Assembly (NCBI GenBank): GCA_018401465.1
Contig: JAGYKE010000004.1
Location: forward strand, 1,207,857 to 1,271,856
Direction: 5' to 3'
Source of the DNA: Aestuariivita sp.
GTDB lineage: Bacteria; Pseudomonadota; Alphaproteobacteria; Rhodobacterales; Rhodobacteraceae
Length of the DNA stretch: 64,000 nucleotides
Under the pieces are notes generated by a model. That model was not told the DNA's origin. It made no database searches and worked only from the letters and a program-made list of their open reading frames with translations. This document shows, piece after piece, positions 56,850-64,000 of the stretch. Position 1 is the stretch's first letter. Every line of letters begins with the position of its first letter. The position numbers and the translations under genes are program-made.

Positions 56850-57455
56850 TTAGCGGCGGCCGATCTTCGGTTCCGTCCCCGCCTTGATCCGCGCGATGTT
56901 CGACCCGTGGCGCAGGAAGACCAGCACGGTCAGCACCAGCCCCAGCACGACCGCCTGCCCGTTTCCGGTATAGAACAGGAAGATCGTCGACATCGACGCC
57001 GCCATCAGCGCGCCCATGGACGACACCCGCTTGACCGCCACCGTCAGCGCCCATGCCGCGCAGCACAGAAGGCCCACGGGCCAGGCATAGGCCAGCCAGA
57101 CGCCCAGGAACGTCGCCACCCCCTTGCCGCCCTTGAAGGACAGCCAGACCGGAAAGCAATGGCCGACAAACGCCGCCAGCGCCGCGACCTGCACCGCGTC
57201 ATCCGCCGCGAAGGCCCGCGCCAGCAGCACCGCCGCCGCGCCCTTGGCCCCGTCGAGGATCAACGTCGCCGCCGCCGCGCCCTTGTTGCCGGTGCGCAGC
57301 ACGTTCGTCGCACCGATATTGCCAGACCCGATCTGGCGCAGGTCGCCCAGGTTCAGCATACGGGTGAGGATCAGGCCGAACGGGATCGACCCCAGCAGAT
57401 ATCCCACTGCGGCCCAGAGCAGCAGCGCATCCTGCGGCGACAAGAATTCCGGCAT
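56850..57455 (-). CDS. plsY: Glycerol-3-phosphate acyltransferase PlsY
   Basis: Start reset to MPEFLSPQD. GSIPFGLI...GSGNIGATNVLRTG...FKGGKGVAT motifs. Confidence 0.92.
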   Translation of the reverse strand: MPEFLSPQDALLLWAAVGYLLGSIPFGLILTRMLNLGDLRQIGSGNIGATNVLRTGNKGAAAATLILDGAKGAAAVLLARAFAADDAVQVAALAAFVGHCFPVWLSFKGGKGVATFLGVWLAYAWPVGLLCCAAWALTVAVKRVSSMGALMAASMSTIFLFYTGNGQAVVLGLVLTVLVFLRHGSNIARIKAGTEPKIGRR

Positions 57456-58732
57456 CACTCCCTCCGATAGACAATGGCCCCGTCCACCCATGTGGCCAGA
57501 ATCCTACCCTGCATCCGCGCCCCGTCAAACGGGGTGTTCTTCGATTTCGACTGCAGTTTGGCGCGGTCCAGCACGAAGGGTGCATCGGGATCGAAGAGAA
57601 CAAGATCCGCCGGCGCGCACGCTGCCAGCCGCCCGCAATCGCGCCCCAGCCGCCGCGCGGGGTTGAGTGCGATGGCCCGGAAGATTTCCGGCAGGGTCAG
57701 CTGTTCGGCATGATACAGCCGCATGAGCGCGGGCAGCAGCGTTTCCAGCGCCACGGCCCCCGCTGCCGCCTCCTCGAAGGGGAGGCGCTTGGACTCCTCG
57801 TCCTGCGGGGTGTGCATCGACGAAATGATGTCGATCAGCCCGCCCTGCACCGCCTCGACGACCGCCATGCGGTCATCCTCGGCGCGCAGGGGCGGCTTGA
57901 CCTTGAAGAAAGTGCGGTAATCCGAGACGTCGAATTCGTTCAGCGTCAGGTGATGGACCGACACGCCCGCCGTCACGTCGAAGCCGTTCGCCTTGGCACG
58001 CGCCAGCGCGGGCAGGGCGCGCGCGGTGGTGATCTGGTCGGCGTGGTACCGCGCGCCCGTCATCTCGACCAATGCGATGTCGCGGTCGAGGCCCATGCGT
58101 TCGGCCATCGGCGTCACGGCGGGCAGTCCGCGCAGCGAGGCGAACTTGCCGCTGGTGGCGCAGGCGCCGGCCGACAGGCCCGGTTCCTGGGGATGCGCGA
58201 TCACCAGCGCGCCCAAGCTGCGCGCATAGGTCAGCGCGCGGGAAAACACCTTGGTGTCGGCCACCACGCGGTCACAATCGGTGAAGGCGACCGCGCCCGC
58301 ATCCATGAGAAAACCGATCTCGGTCATCTCGCGGCCCTCGCGGTTCTTGGTCAGCGCGGCCATGTGCAGGACATGGACGGGCGAGGCCTCGCGTGCGCGG
58401 CGGGTGACGAATTCCAGCACCTCGGGGCTGTCGATTGCGGGCGTGGTGTCGGGGCGGGTGACCATCGTGGTGACACCCCCCGCCGCCGCGGCAAGGCCGG
58501 CAGAGCCATAGCTTTCCTTGTGCCGTTCGCCCGGTTCGCAGACCTTCACGCCGATATCGACGATGCCCGGGGCAAGGCATTTGGCCCCGCAGTCAATCAC
58601 GTCCTCGTCCCCGGCGGCGGTCTCGCCCGGGCCCATGGCCAGGATGCGGCCCCCTTCGATGCGCAGCCAGCCCGGCGCGTCGGTCTGCGCCTCGGGGTCG
58701 ATCAGGCGGGCATTGGTCAGAAGCGTTCTCAT
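57455..58732 (-). CDS. Dihydroorotase-like protein, probably non-catalytic (PyrC' type)
   Basis: Amidohydrolase/DHOase type-I architecture (APGIVDIGVKVCEPG...AGGVTTMV...AFTDCD). The DxHxH metal site reads DIGVKV and the DHAPH block reads SMHTPQ. Start reset to MRTLLTNARL (ATG 58732). Confidence 0.82.
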   Translation of the reverse strand: MRTLLTNARLIDPEAQTDAPGWLRIEGGRILAMGPGETAAGDEDVIDCGAKCLAPGIVDIGVKVCEPGERHKESYGSAGLAAAAGGVTTMVTRPDTTPAIDSPEVLEFVTRRAREASPVHVLHMAALTKNREGREMTEIGFLMDAGAVAFTDCDRVVADTKVFSRALTYARSLGALVIAHPQEPGLSAGACATSGKFASLRGLPAVTPMAERMGLDRDIALVEMTGARYHADQITTARALPALARAKANGFDVTAGVSVHHLTLNEFDVSDYRTFFKVKPPLRAEDDRMAVVEAVQGGLIDIISSMHTPQDEESKRLPFEEAAAGAVALETLLPALMRLYHAEQLTLPEIFRAIALNPARRLGRDCGRLAACAPADLVLFDPDAPFVLDRAKLQSKSKNTPFDGARMQGRILATWVDGAIVYRRE

Positions 58733-59127
58733 CCCGCGGCCCTTTCGCGTGCGGCTTCGATGGCGCGGGCGGTGGCCCTTGCATTGGCCTGATAGCGGAT
58801 CAGGTGCTTGTCGCCGCCCTTTGTGATGATCTGCACATAACTCGCCATCACCCGGACCTGCGCGATCTGGCCCAGGGCCACGCGCCGTTCGCCGGGGCCG
58901 GTCAGAACGCCGTCGGAAAGGCGCCAGTCCGCAGCCAGCTCTTCCGACGCCAGGTACCAGCCGCGCAGCCCGATCGCGGCCAGACCCGCCAGCGCCCCGG
59001 TCCAGACATGAGGGTTGTCCATGATCCACAGAACCGCCATCGCGCCCGCCATGGCAATGGCCGCCATCCAGACTTGGGCGCGGACATAGGTGGCGCGATC
59101 TGGGGGAAAGGCGAGGTCGTCCGTCAT
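58729..59127 (-). CDS. Hypothetical membrane protein (132 aa, two TM helices plus a small C-terminal domain)
   Basis: 4-nt overlaps with both neighbours in the pyrB...pyrC' operon. Protein-like composition. No family recognised. Confidence 0.6.
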   Translation of the reverse strand: MTDDLAFPPDRATYVRAQVWMAAIAMAGAMAVLWIMDNPHVWTGALAGLAAIGLRGWYLASEELAADWRLSDGVLTGPGERRVALGQIAQVRVMASYVQIITKGGDKHLIRYQANARATARAIEAARERAAG

Positions 59128-59687
59128 TCCAGAAGGCTCCAGATCAGCACGGCCAGCACGACGAGCACGCCCGCCACCAGCGCGCTGCCGATCCGTGCGG
59201 CGCGCGGCGTCGCGGGCGCGGGGCTGGCCCCCGGCCCGGTGAAAGGGCGCGCGCTTTCGGCTTCTATCGGCGCGCCCGGGGTCCAGTCGGCGCCGGGCTG
59301 GTCGAAGCTCGCGATCGGGGTCAGATATGCGGTGCGCAGCGTCCGACCCCGCCCGCCGAAGGCCTGCGAGCGCAGAAGCAGCGCATAGCCTTCGATCCGG
59401 TCGAGCCGTCCGCGCTGCGCCGCGACCGCGACCGCGTCGATCCCGTGCCCCTCGGTCAGATAGCCCGACAACCCGAAGCCTTCGAGATCGGCGATGCGGA
59501 TCAGTTCGGCCCCTGCCGGGTCAAGATCGTCTGCCCCGGTCAGATCGGCCAGAAGGCCCGCGTCGGGCTGCAGGGTATCCGCGTCTCCGGTGATGTGACG
59601 CGCCTGCACTGCGGTCTCGGGCAGGTTCACCGCCAGCACGTGCAGCCGCCCGCGTTCATGACCTTCAACGCTCAGGTCCGCCGTCAT
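59124..59687 (-). CDS. Hypothetical tail-anchored protein (187 aa)
   Basis: Acidic soluble N-terminal region and a C-terminal TM helix [21 protein letters not shown]. 4-nt overlaps with pyrB and the next gene. Confidence 0.6.
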   Translation of the reverse strand: MTADLSVEGHERGRLHVLAVNLPETAVQARHITGDADTLQPDAGLLADLTGADDLDPAGAELIRIADLEGFGLSGYLTEGHGIDAVAVAAQRGRLDRIEGYALLLRSQAFGGRGRTLRTAYLTPIASFDQPGADWTPGAPIEAESARPFTGPGASPAPATPRAARIGSALVAGVLVVLAVLIWSLLE

Positions 59688-60646
59688 CCCGGCGCCCCCG
59701 CCCGCGCCTGCGCCCGCGCCGCCCGCAGGTTGCGCGCCAGAAGATGCATCGCCGCCATGCGCACGGCTACGCCCATCTCGACCTGTTCCTGGATGACCGA
59801 CCGGTTGATGTCGTCGGCGATCTCGCCGTCGATCTCGACCCCGCGGTTCATCGGACCGGGATGCATCACGATGGCGTCGGGTTTCGCCAGCGCCAGCTTT
59901 TCGGCATCCAGCCCGTAGCGGTGGAAATATTCGCGCTCGGACGGGATGAAACCGCCGTCCATCCGTTCCTTCTGAAGGCGCAGCATCATCACCACGTCGA
60001 CGTCCTTCAGCCCCTCGCGCATGTCGTCATAGACCTCGACCCCGAATTCCGCGATCCCCGCGGGCATAAGCGTCGGCGGCCCGATCAGGCGCACCCGGTT
60101 CTCCATCTTGCCCAGAAGCAATATGTTCGACCGCGCCACGCGGCTATGCGCGATATCCCCGCAGATCGCGACGTTCAGCCGGTGCAGCCGACCCTTCGCC
60201 CGCCGGATCGTCAGGGCATCCAGCAGCGCCTGCGTCGGATGTTCGTGCCGCCCGTCGCCCGCGTTCAGGACCGCGCAATTCACCTTCTGCGCCAGCAGGT
60301 CCACCGCGCCCGAATGCGGGTGGCGCACCACCAGAAGATCGGGCCGCATCGCGTTGAGCGTGAGCGCGGTGTCGATCAGCGTCTCGCCCTTCTTCAGGGA
60401 CGAGGTCTGCATGCCCATGTTCATCACATCCGCGCCCAGCCGCTTGCCCGCCAGTTCGAAACTGGCCTGCGTGCGGGTCGACGCCTCGAAGAACATGTTG
60501 ATCTGGGTGAGGCCCGCAAGTTCGACGCCGTGCTTGTCTTCGCCCCGGTTCAGATCGACATAGGTTTCCGCCAGATCCAGCAGCGCGGTGATATGCGCCG
60601 GGGCCAGCGGTTCTATTCCCAGAAGATGACGATGTGGAAAGGACAT
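59684..60646 (-). CDS. pyrB: Aspartate carbamoyltransferase catalytic subunit
   Basis: Start reset to [33 protein letters not shown] and [11 protein letters not shown] motifs. Confidence 0.95.
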   Translation of the reverse strand: MSFPHRHLLGIEPLAPAHITALLDLAETYVDLNRGEDKHGVELAGLTQINMFFEASTRTQASFELAGKRLGADVMNMGMQTSSLKKGETLIDTALTLNAMRPDLLVVRHPHSGAVDLLAQKVNCAVLNAGDGRHEHPTQALLDALTIRRAKGRLHRLNVAICGDIAHSRVARSNILLLGKMENRVRLIGPPTLMPAGIAEFGVEVYDDMREGLKDVDVVMMLRLQKERMDGGFIPSEREYFHRYGLDAEKLALAKPDAIVMHPGPMNRGVEIDGEIADDINRSVIQEQVEMGVAVRMAAMHLLARNLRAARAQARAGAPG

Positions 60647-60756
60647 GACCGGGCCCGTGTTGCGTTCCGGCGTTATAGGAAGCGGGCCGGGTTCCGGCAA
60701 GGCGGCTTCACCGCCGGGGATTTCCCCCGCCGCGCCGCGGGTCTACGGTCGCGCGC

Positions 60757-61533
60757 ATGGAATCGCATCTCGACGCCCATATCGCGCTGGCGATGCTCGA
60801 CTGGCAGATCGAACTCGGCGCGGACGAGGCGATCTGCGACGCGCCGGTCGACCGCTATGCGCTGGACTCCGCCCCGCCCGCCGCGGCGCAGGCCGCGCCC
60901 GCGCGGGCCGCGGCTGCTGAAGCGGTCCCCGCCGCCCCTGCCGCCGATCCCGTCGGCGATGCAAGCCGCGCCGCCGCCGCATCCGCCGACCTGCCCGCCC
61001 TGCGCGCGGCGATGGAGGCGTATCCGCATTGCGATCTCAGACGCGGCGCGCGCCAGCTGGTCTTTTCCGACGGCGTGCCCGGCGCGCCCGTGATGATTCT
61101 GGGCGAAGCGCCGGGCCGCGAGGAGGATATCGAGGGCCGCCCCTTCGTCGGTCAGGCGGGGCAGTTGCTGGACCGGATGCTGGCCGCGATCGGTCTCAGC
61201 CGGACCGAGAGCGTCTATATCACCAACGTCGTGCCCTGGCGCCCGCCCGGCAACCGCGAACCGACGCAAGCGGAAATCGCGATGATGCGCCCCTTCGTCG
61301 CCCGGCATGTAGAGCTGGCCGCGCCTCGGATCCTTGTCGTCATGGGCAATGTAAGCGCGGATGCGGTCCTTGGAAAACGGGGCATCCTGCGGCTGCGTGG
61401 CACTTGGGACCAAGCCTTCGGCAGGCCGGTCCTGCCGATGACGCATCCCGCCTACCTTTTGCGCACCCCCGCCGCCAAGCGTGAAGCCTGGGCCGATCTG
61501 CTGGATATCAAGGCGAAGCTGTCGGATGGTTGA
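60757..61533 (+). CDS. Family-4-type uracil-DNA glycosylase with an Ala/Pro-rich N-terminal extension
   Basis: GEAPGREEDIEGRPFVGQAGQLL (motif A) and HPAYLLRTP (motif B). About 100 aa of N-terminal extension. Confidence 0.82.
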   Translation: MESHLDAHIALAMLDWQIELGADEAICDAPVDRYALDSAPPAAAQAAPARAAAAEAVPAAPAADPVGDASRAAAASADLPALRAAMEAYPHCDLRRGARQLVFSDGVPGAPVMILGEAPGREEDIEGRPFVGQAGQLLDRMLAAIGLSRTESVYITNVVPWRPPGNREPTQAEIAMMRPFVARHVELAAPRILVVMGNVSADAVLGKRGILRLRGTWDQAFGRPVLPMTHPAYLLRTPAAKREAWADLLDIKAKLSDG

Positions 61534-62146
61534 CCCGATCACCCTTCTGGCGTTCATCCCCGCAGCGCTGGCGTTGAATCTGACGCCGGGGGCGGACATG
61601 ATGTTCTGCCTTGGTCAGGGGCTGCGGACGGGGCCGCGCGCGGCGGTGGCGGCCAGCGCGGGCGTCTCGGCGGGCGGCATGGTGCATGTCACCGTCGCGG
61701 GCTTTGGACTTGGCGCAGCGGTCGCCGCGGCACCCTGGGCCTTCGACGTGATCCGCTGGCTTGGTGTCGCCTATCTTCTGTGGCTCGCATGGGGCGCGTT
61801 CCGCCATGGGTTCGAGCCGCCCGAGACCCTGCCCCGCGCCGCGCGCCGCGCCTTCCGGGACGGGATGATGGTGAACCTCACCAATCCCAAGGTCATCTTG
61901 TTCGTGCTTGCCTTCATCCCGCAATTCGTCCGCCCCGAGGCGGGCAGCGTGCTGGGCCAGTTCCTGATCTTCGGCGCGGTTCTGGGTGTCGGCGGGTTTG
62001 TCGTGAACGGCGCGGTCGGCATCTTCGCGGGCCGCGCGCGTGTCCTTCTCACCGGATCGCCGCTTGCGGGCCGCATCCTCGGCTATGTCACCGGCACGAT
62101 CTTCGCGGGCCTCGCCCTGCGTCTGGCCATATTGGAGCGCAGCTGA
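61526..62146 (+). CDS. LysE family amino-acid exporter
   Basis: Start reset to MVDPITLLAFIPAALALNLTPGADMMF, the typical LysE/RhtB start. 8-nt overlap with the UDG gene. Confidence 0.85.
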   Translation: MVDPITLLAFIPAALALNLTPGADMMFCLGQGLRTGPRAAVAASAGVSAGGMVHVTVAGFGLGAAVAAAPWAFDVIRWLGVAYLLWLAWGAFRHGFEPPETLPRAARRAFRDGMMVNLTNPKVILFVLAFIPQFVRPEAGSVLGQFLIFGAVLGVGGFVVNGAVGIFAGRARVLLTGSPLAGRILGYVTGTIFAGLALRLAILERS

Positions 62147-62688
62147 TGTCGCGCATCGACAACACGAAAGACTTCATCCCCGTCCGCATTGCCGTCCTGA
62201 CGGTGTCCGACACCCGCAGCTTGGACGAAGACCGTTCGGGCGATGTGCTGGTCGACCGGATCGCAGGTGCGGGCCACATCTTGGCTGACCGCAAGATCAT
62301 CCGCGACGAACGCACCCAGATCGCCGACCAACTGCGCGCATGGATCGCAAACCCTGACATCGACGTCGTCATCTCGACTGGCGGCACCGGGCTGACCGGC
62401 CGCGATGTGACGGTCGAGGCACATCGCGACGTCTATGAAAAGGAAATCGACGCCTTCGGCACCATCTTCACCATCGTGTCGATGCAGAAGATCGGCACCA
62501 GCGCGGTGCAGTCGCGCGCGACGGCGGGCGTGGCGGGGGGCACCTATCTCTTCGCGCTGCCCGGAAGCCCCGGCGCCTGCAGGGATGCGTGGGATGAAAT
62601 CCTTGCCCTTCAGCTCGACTTCCGGCACCGGCCTTGCAACTTCGTCGAAATCCTGCCCCGGCTTGACGAACACCGGCGACGGAAATAG
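62146..62688 (+). CDS. moaB: Molybdenum cofactor biosynthesis protein B
   Basis: IAVLTVSDTRS...VISTGGTGLTGRDVT...ALPGSPGAC MoaB/MogA-type motifs. TGATG junction with the LysE gene. Confidence 0.9.
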   Translation: MSRIDNTKDFIPVRIAVLTVSDTRSLDEDRSGDVLVDRIAGAGHILADRKIIRDERTQIADQLRAWIANPDIDVVISTGGTGLTGRDVTVEAHRDVYEKEIDAFGTIFTIVSMQKIGTSAVQSRATAGVAGGTYLFALPGSPGACRDAWDEILALQLDFRHRPCNFVEILPRLDEHRRRK

Positions 62689-62770
62689 CGCGGCGCGGCG
62701 TATAACTGCCTTGTGGGTTGGCGGAATCCCCGCGCCTGCTATCTAACGACCATCGGCCAGGACCAGTAGC

Positions 62771-64000
62771 ATGAGATTTCTGCGCAAAAGTCTGATCGGC
62801 GTATTTCTGTTCGGCGTGACGCTGGCGCTTCTGGCTTGGGCCGGCCAGATGGTCACGTCCGCCGTGCAGGAGAGGATGGCGCGCGATACTTCGGCCCCGC
62901 CTGCGCGCGAACGCGTCTTCACGGTGAACGTCGCGACCGCGGTCGCAGGGCGCGAAATACCCATTCTCGAAGCCTTCGGTGAGGTGCAGAGCCGCCGCAC
63001 GCTTGAACTGCACGCGGCCACCGACGGGCGGGTCATCGAGCTTGCCCCGGATTTCACCGAAGGGGGCACGGTGACGGAGGGCCAGCTTCTGCTGCAGATC
63101 GACCCGGCCGACGCGCAGGCCGCGCTCGACCGGGCGGCCAGCGATCTGTCGGATGCCGGCGCCGAGGTGCGCGACGCCGACCGCGCGCTGCGGCTGGCGC
63201 GCGACGAACTTGCGGCGGCGGTCGATCAGGCAGACCTGCGCGACCGCTCCTTCCAGCGCCAGATTGACCTCGAAGAGCGCGGCGTCGGCACTGCTCAGGC
63301 GGTCGAGACCGCCGAACTTGCCGCCGCGCAAGCGCGCCAGGCGGTCCTGTCGCGCCGTCTCGCCGAAGCGCAGGCCGAAGCCCGCATCGATCAGGCCGCG
63401 ACTCGGCTGGAACGGGCGCGCATCGCGCTGGCGGATGCCGAACGGCGGCTGGCCGACACCCGCATCTTCGCCGCCTTCGACGGCACGCTCAGCAAGGTGA
63501 GCCTTGTCGAAGGGCGGCTCGTCTTCCCCAACGAAAAGCTGGCCGAACTGGTCGACCCGGACGCGCTCGAAGTCGCCTTCCGCGTCTCGACCGGGCAATA
63601 CGCGCGCCTTCTTGATGACGGCGGCGCGCTGATCCCGGCAGATGTCACGGTGGTGCTTGGCGGTGCCGATTCGATCTTGCAGACGACGGGCCGGATCAGC
63701 CGCGACAGCGCGGGCGCGGGTGCGGTGCAGACCGGGCGGCTCATCTATGCCACGCTGGACGAGGCGCGCGGCTTCAAGCCGGGCGATTTCGTCACCGTGC
63801 GCGTCACCGAACCTGCCATCGACGATGTGGTGCGGTTGCCGGCCTCGGCGCTGGACGCAGCCGGAACGGTGCTGGTTCTTGGGCCTGACGACCGGCTCGA
63901 AGCAATGCCGGTGACGCTGGTCCGGCGGCAAGGCGACGAGGTGCTGGTGCGTGGCGAAGGCCTTGCGGGCCGCGAGGTGGTGCAGGCCCGCACACCGCTT
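62771..64000 (+). CDS. Efflux (RND/HlyD-type) periplasmic adaptor subunit, 3'-truncated by the window edge
   Basis: My own translation (open to the window end, absent from the track): MRFLRKSLIGVFLFGVTLALLAWAG... This gives an N-terminal anchor, a lipoyl-like block EGQLLLQIDPADAQAAL, a coiled-coil hairpin and a beta-barrel region. Confidence 0.75.
   Translation, partial: MRFLRKSLIGVFLFGVTLALLAWAGQMVTSAVQERMARDTSAPPARERVFTVNVATAVAGREIPILEAFGEVQSRRTLELHAATDGRVIELAPDFTEGGTVTEGQLLLQIDPADAQAALDRAASDLSDAGAEVRDADRALRLARDELAAAVDQADLRDRSFQRQIDLEERGVGTAQAVETAELAAAQARQAVLSRRLAEAQAEARIDQAATRLERARIALADAERRLADTRIFAAFDGTLSKVSLVEGRLVFPNEKLAELVDPDALEVAFRVSTGQYARLLDDGGALIPADVTVVLGGADSILQTTGRISRDSAGAGAVQTGRLIYATLDEARGFKPGDFVTVRVTEPAIDDVVRLPASALDAAGTVLVLGPDDRLEAMPVTLVRRQGDEVLVRGEGLAGREVVQARTPL

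Overview
High-G+C, densely packed chromosomal segment whose gene content looks alphaproteobacterial and Rhodobacteraceae-like (inferred from a split F1-only atpHAGDC operon, a Hint_2-type protein, stand-alone rpsD and very high third-position G+C). About 60 CDS are supported. Most are core housekeeping: the end of the S10 ribosomal operon (rpsC-rplP), rpsD, hisC-tyrC, clpA, gloB, atpHAGDC, prs, aroA-cmk, uvrC-pgsA-moaDE, ubiA, rsmE, gshA, pyrB...pyrC'-plsY and moaB. The ORF track reports alternative start codons as M and many long mirror ORFs antisense to real genes, so several starts were re-set using conserved N-termini and Shine-Dalgarno sequences. Accessory or unusual pockets are listed here. 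(1) A seven-gene minus-strand peptide uptake and degradation operon (MlrC-like M81, Dpp-type ABC, two M20 enzymes) lies next to a divergent Ntn acylase. (2) A divergent sulfotransferase/GT14 glycosyltransferase pair with animal-Golgi-type folds is followed by an orphan cytoplasmic molybdoenzyme. (3) A Hint (bacterial intein-like) protein sits behind an AT-rich region full of TCCACA palindromes. (4) An orphan MotA/MotB-like stator pair has a B subunit carrying roughly 400 residues of coiled coil. (5) A stand-alone H-type lectin follows the atp operon. (6) Two membrane proteins are inserted between pyrB and a catalytically degenerate pyrC'. (7) There are structured intergenic repeats: a 145-bp palindromic element with a solo copy 34 kb away, and four tandem hairpins. 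I saw no rRNA, tRNA, CRISPR array, transposase, integrase, phage module or recognisable transcription factor. None of the candidates is a demonstrated new system; the stator-like pair and the sulfotransferase/GT14 pair are my best leads.
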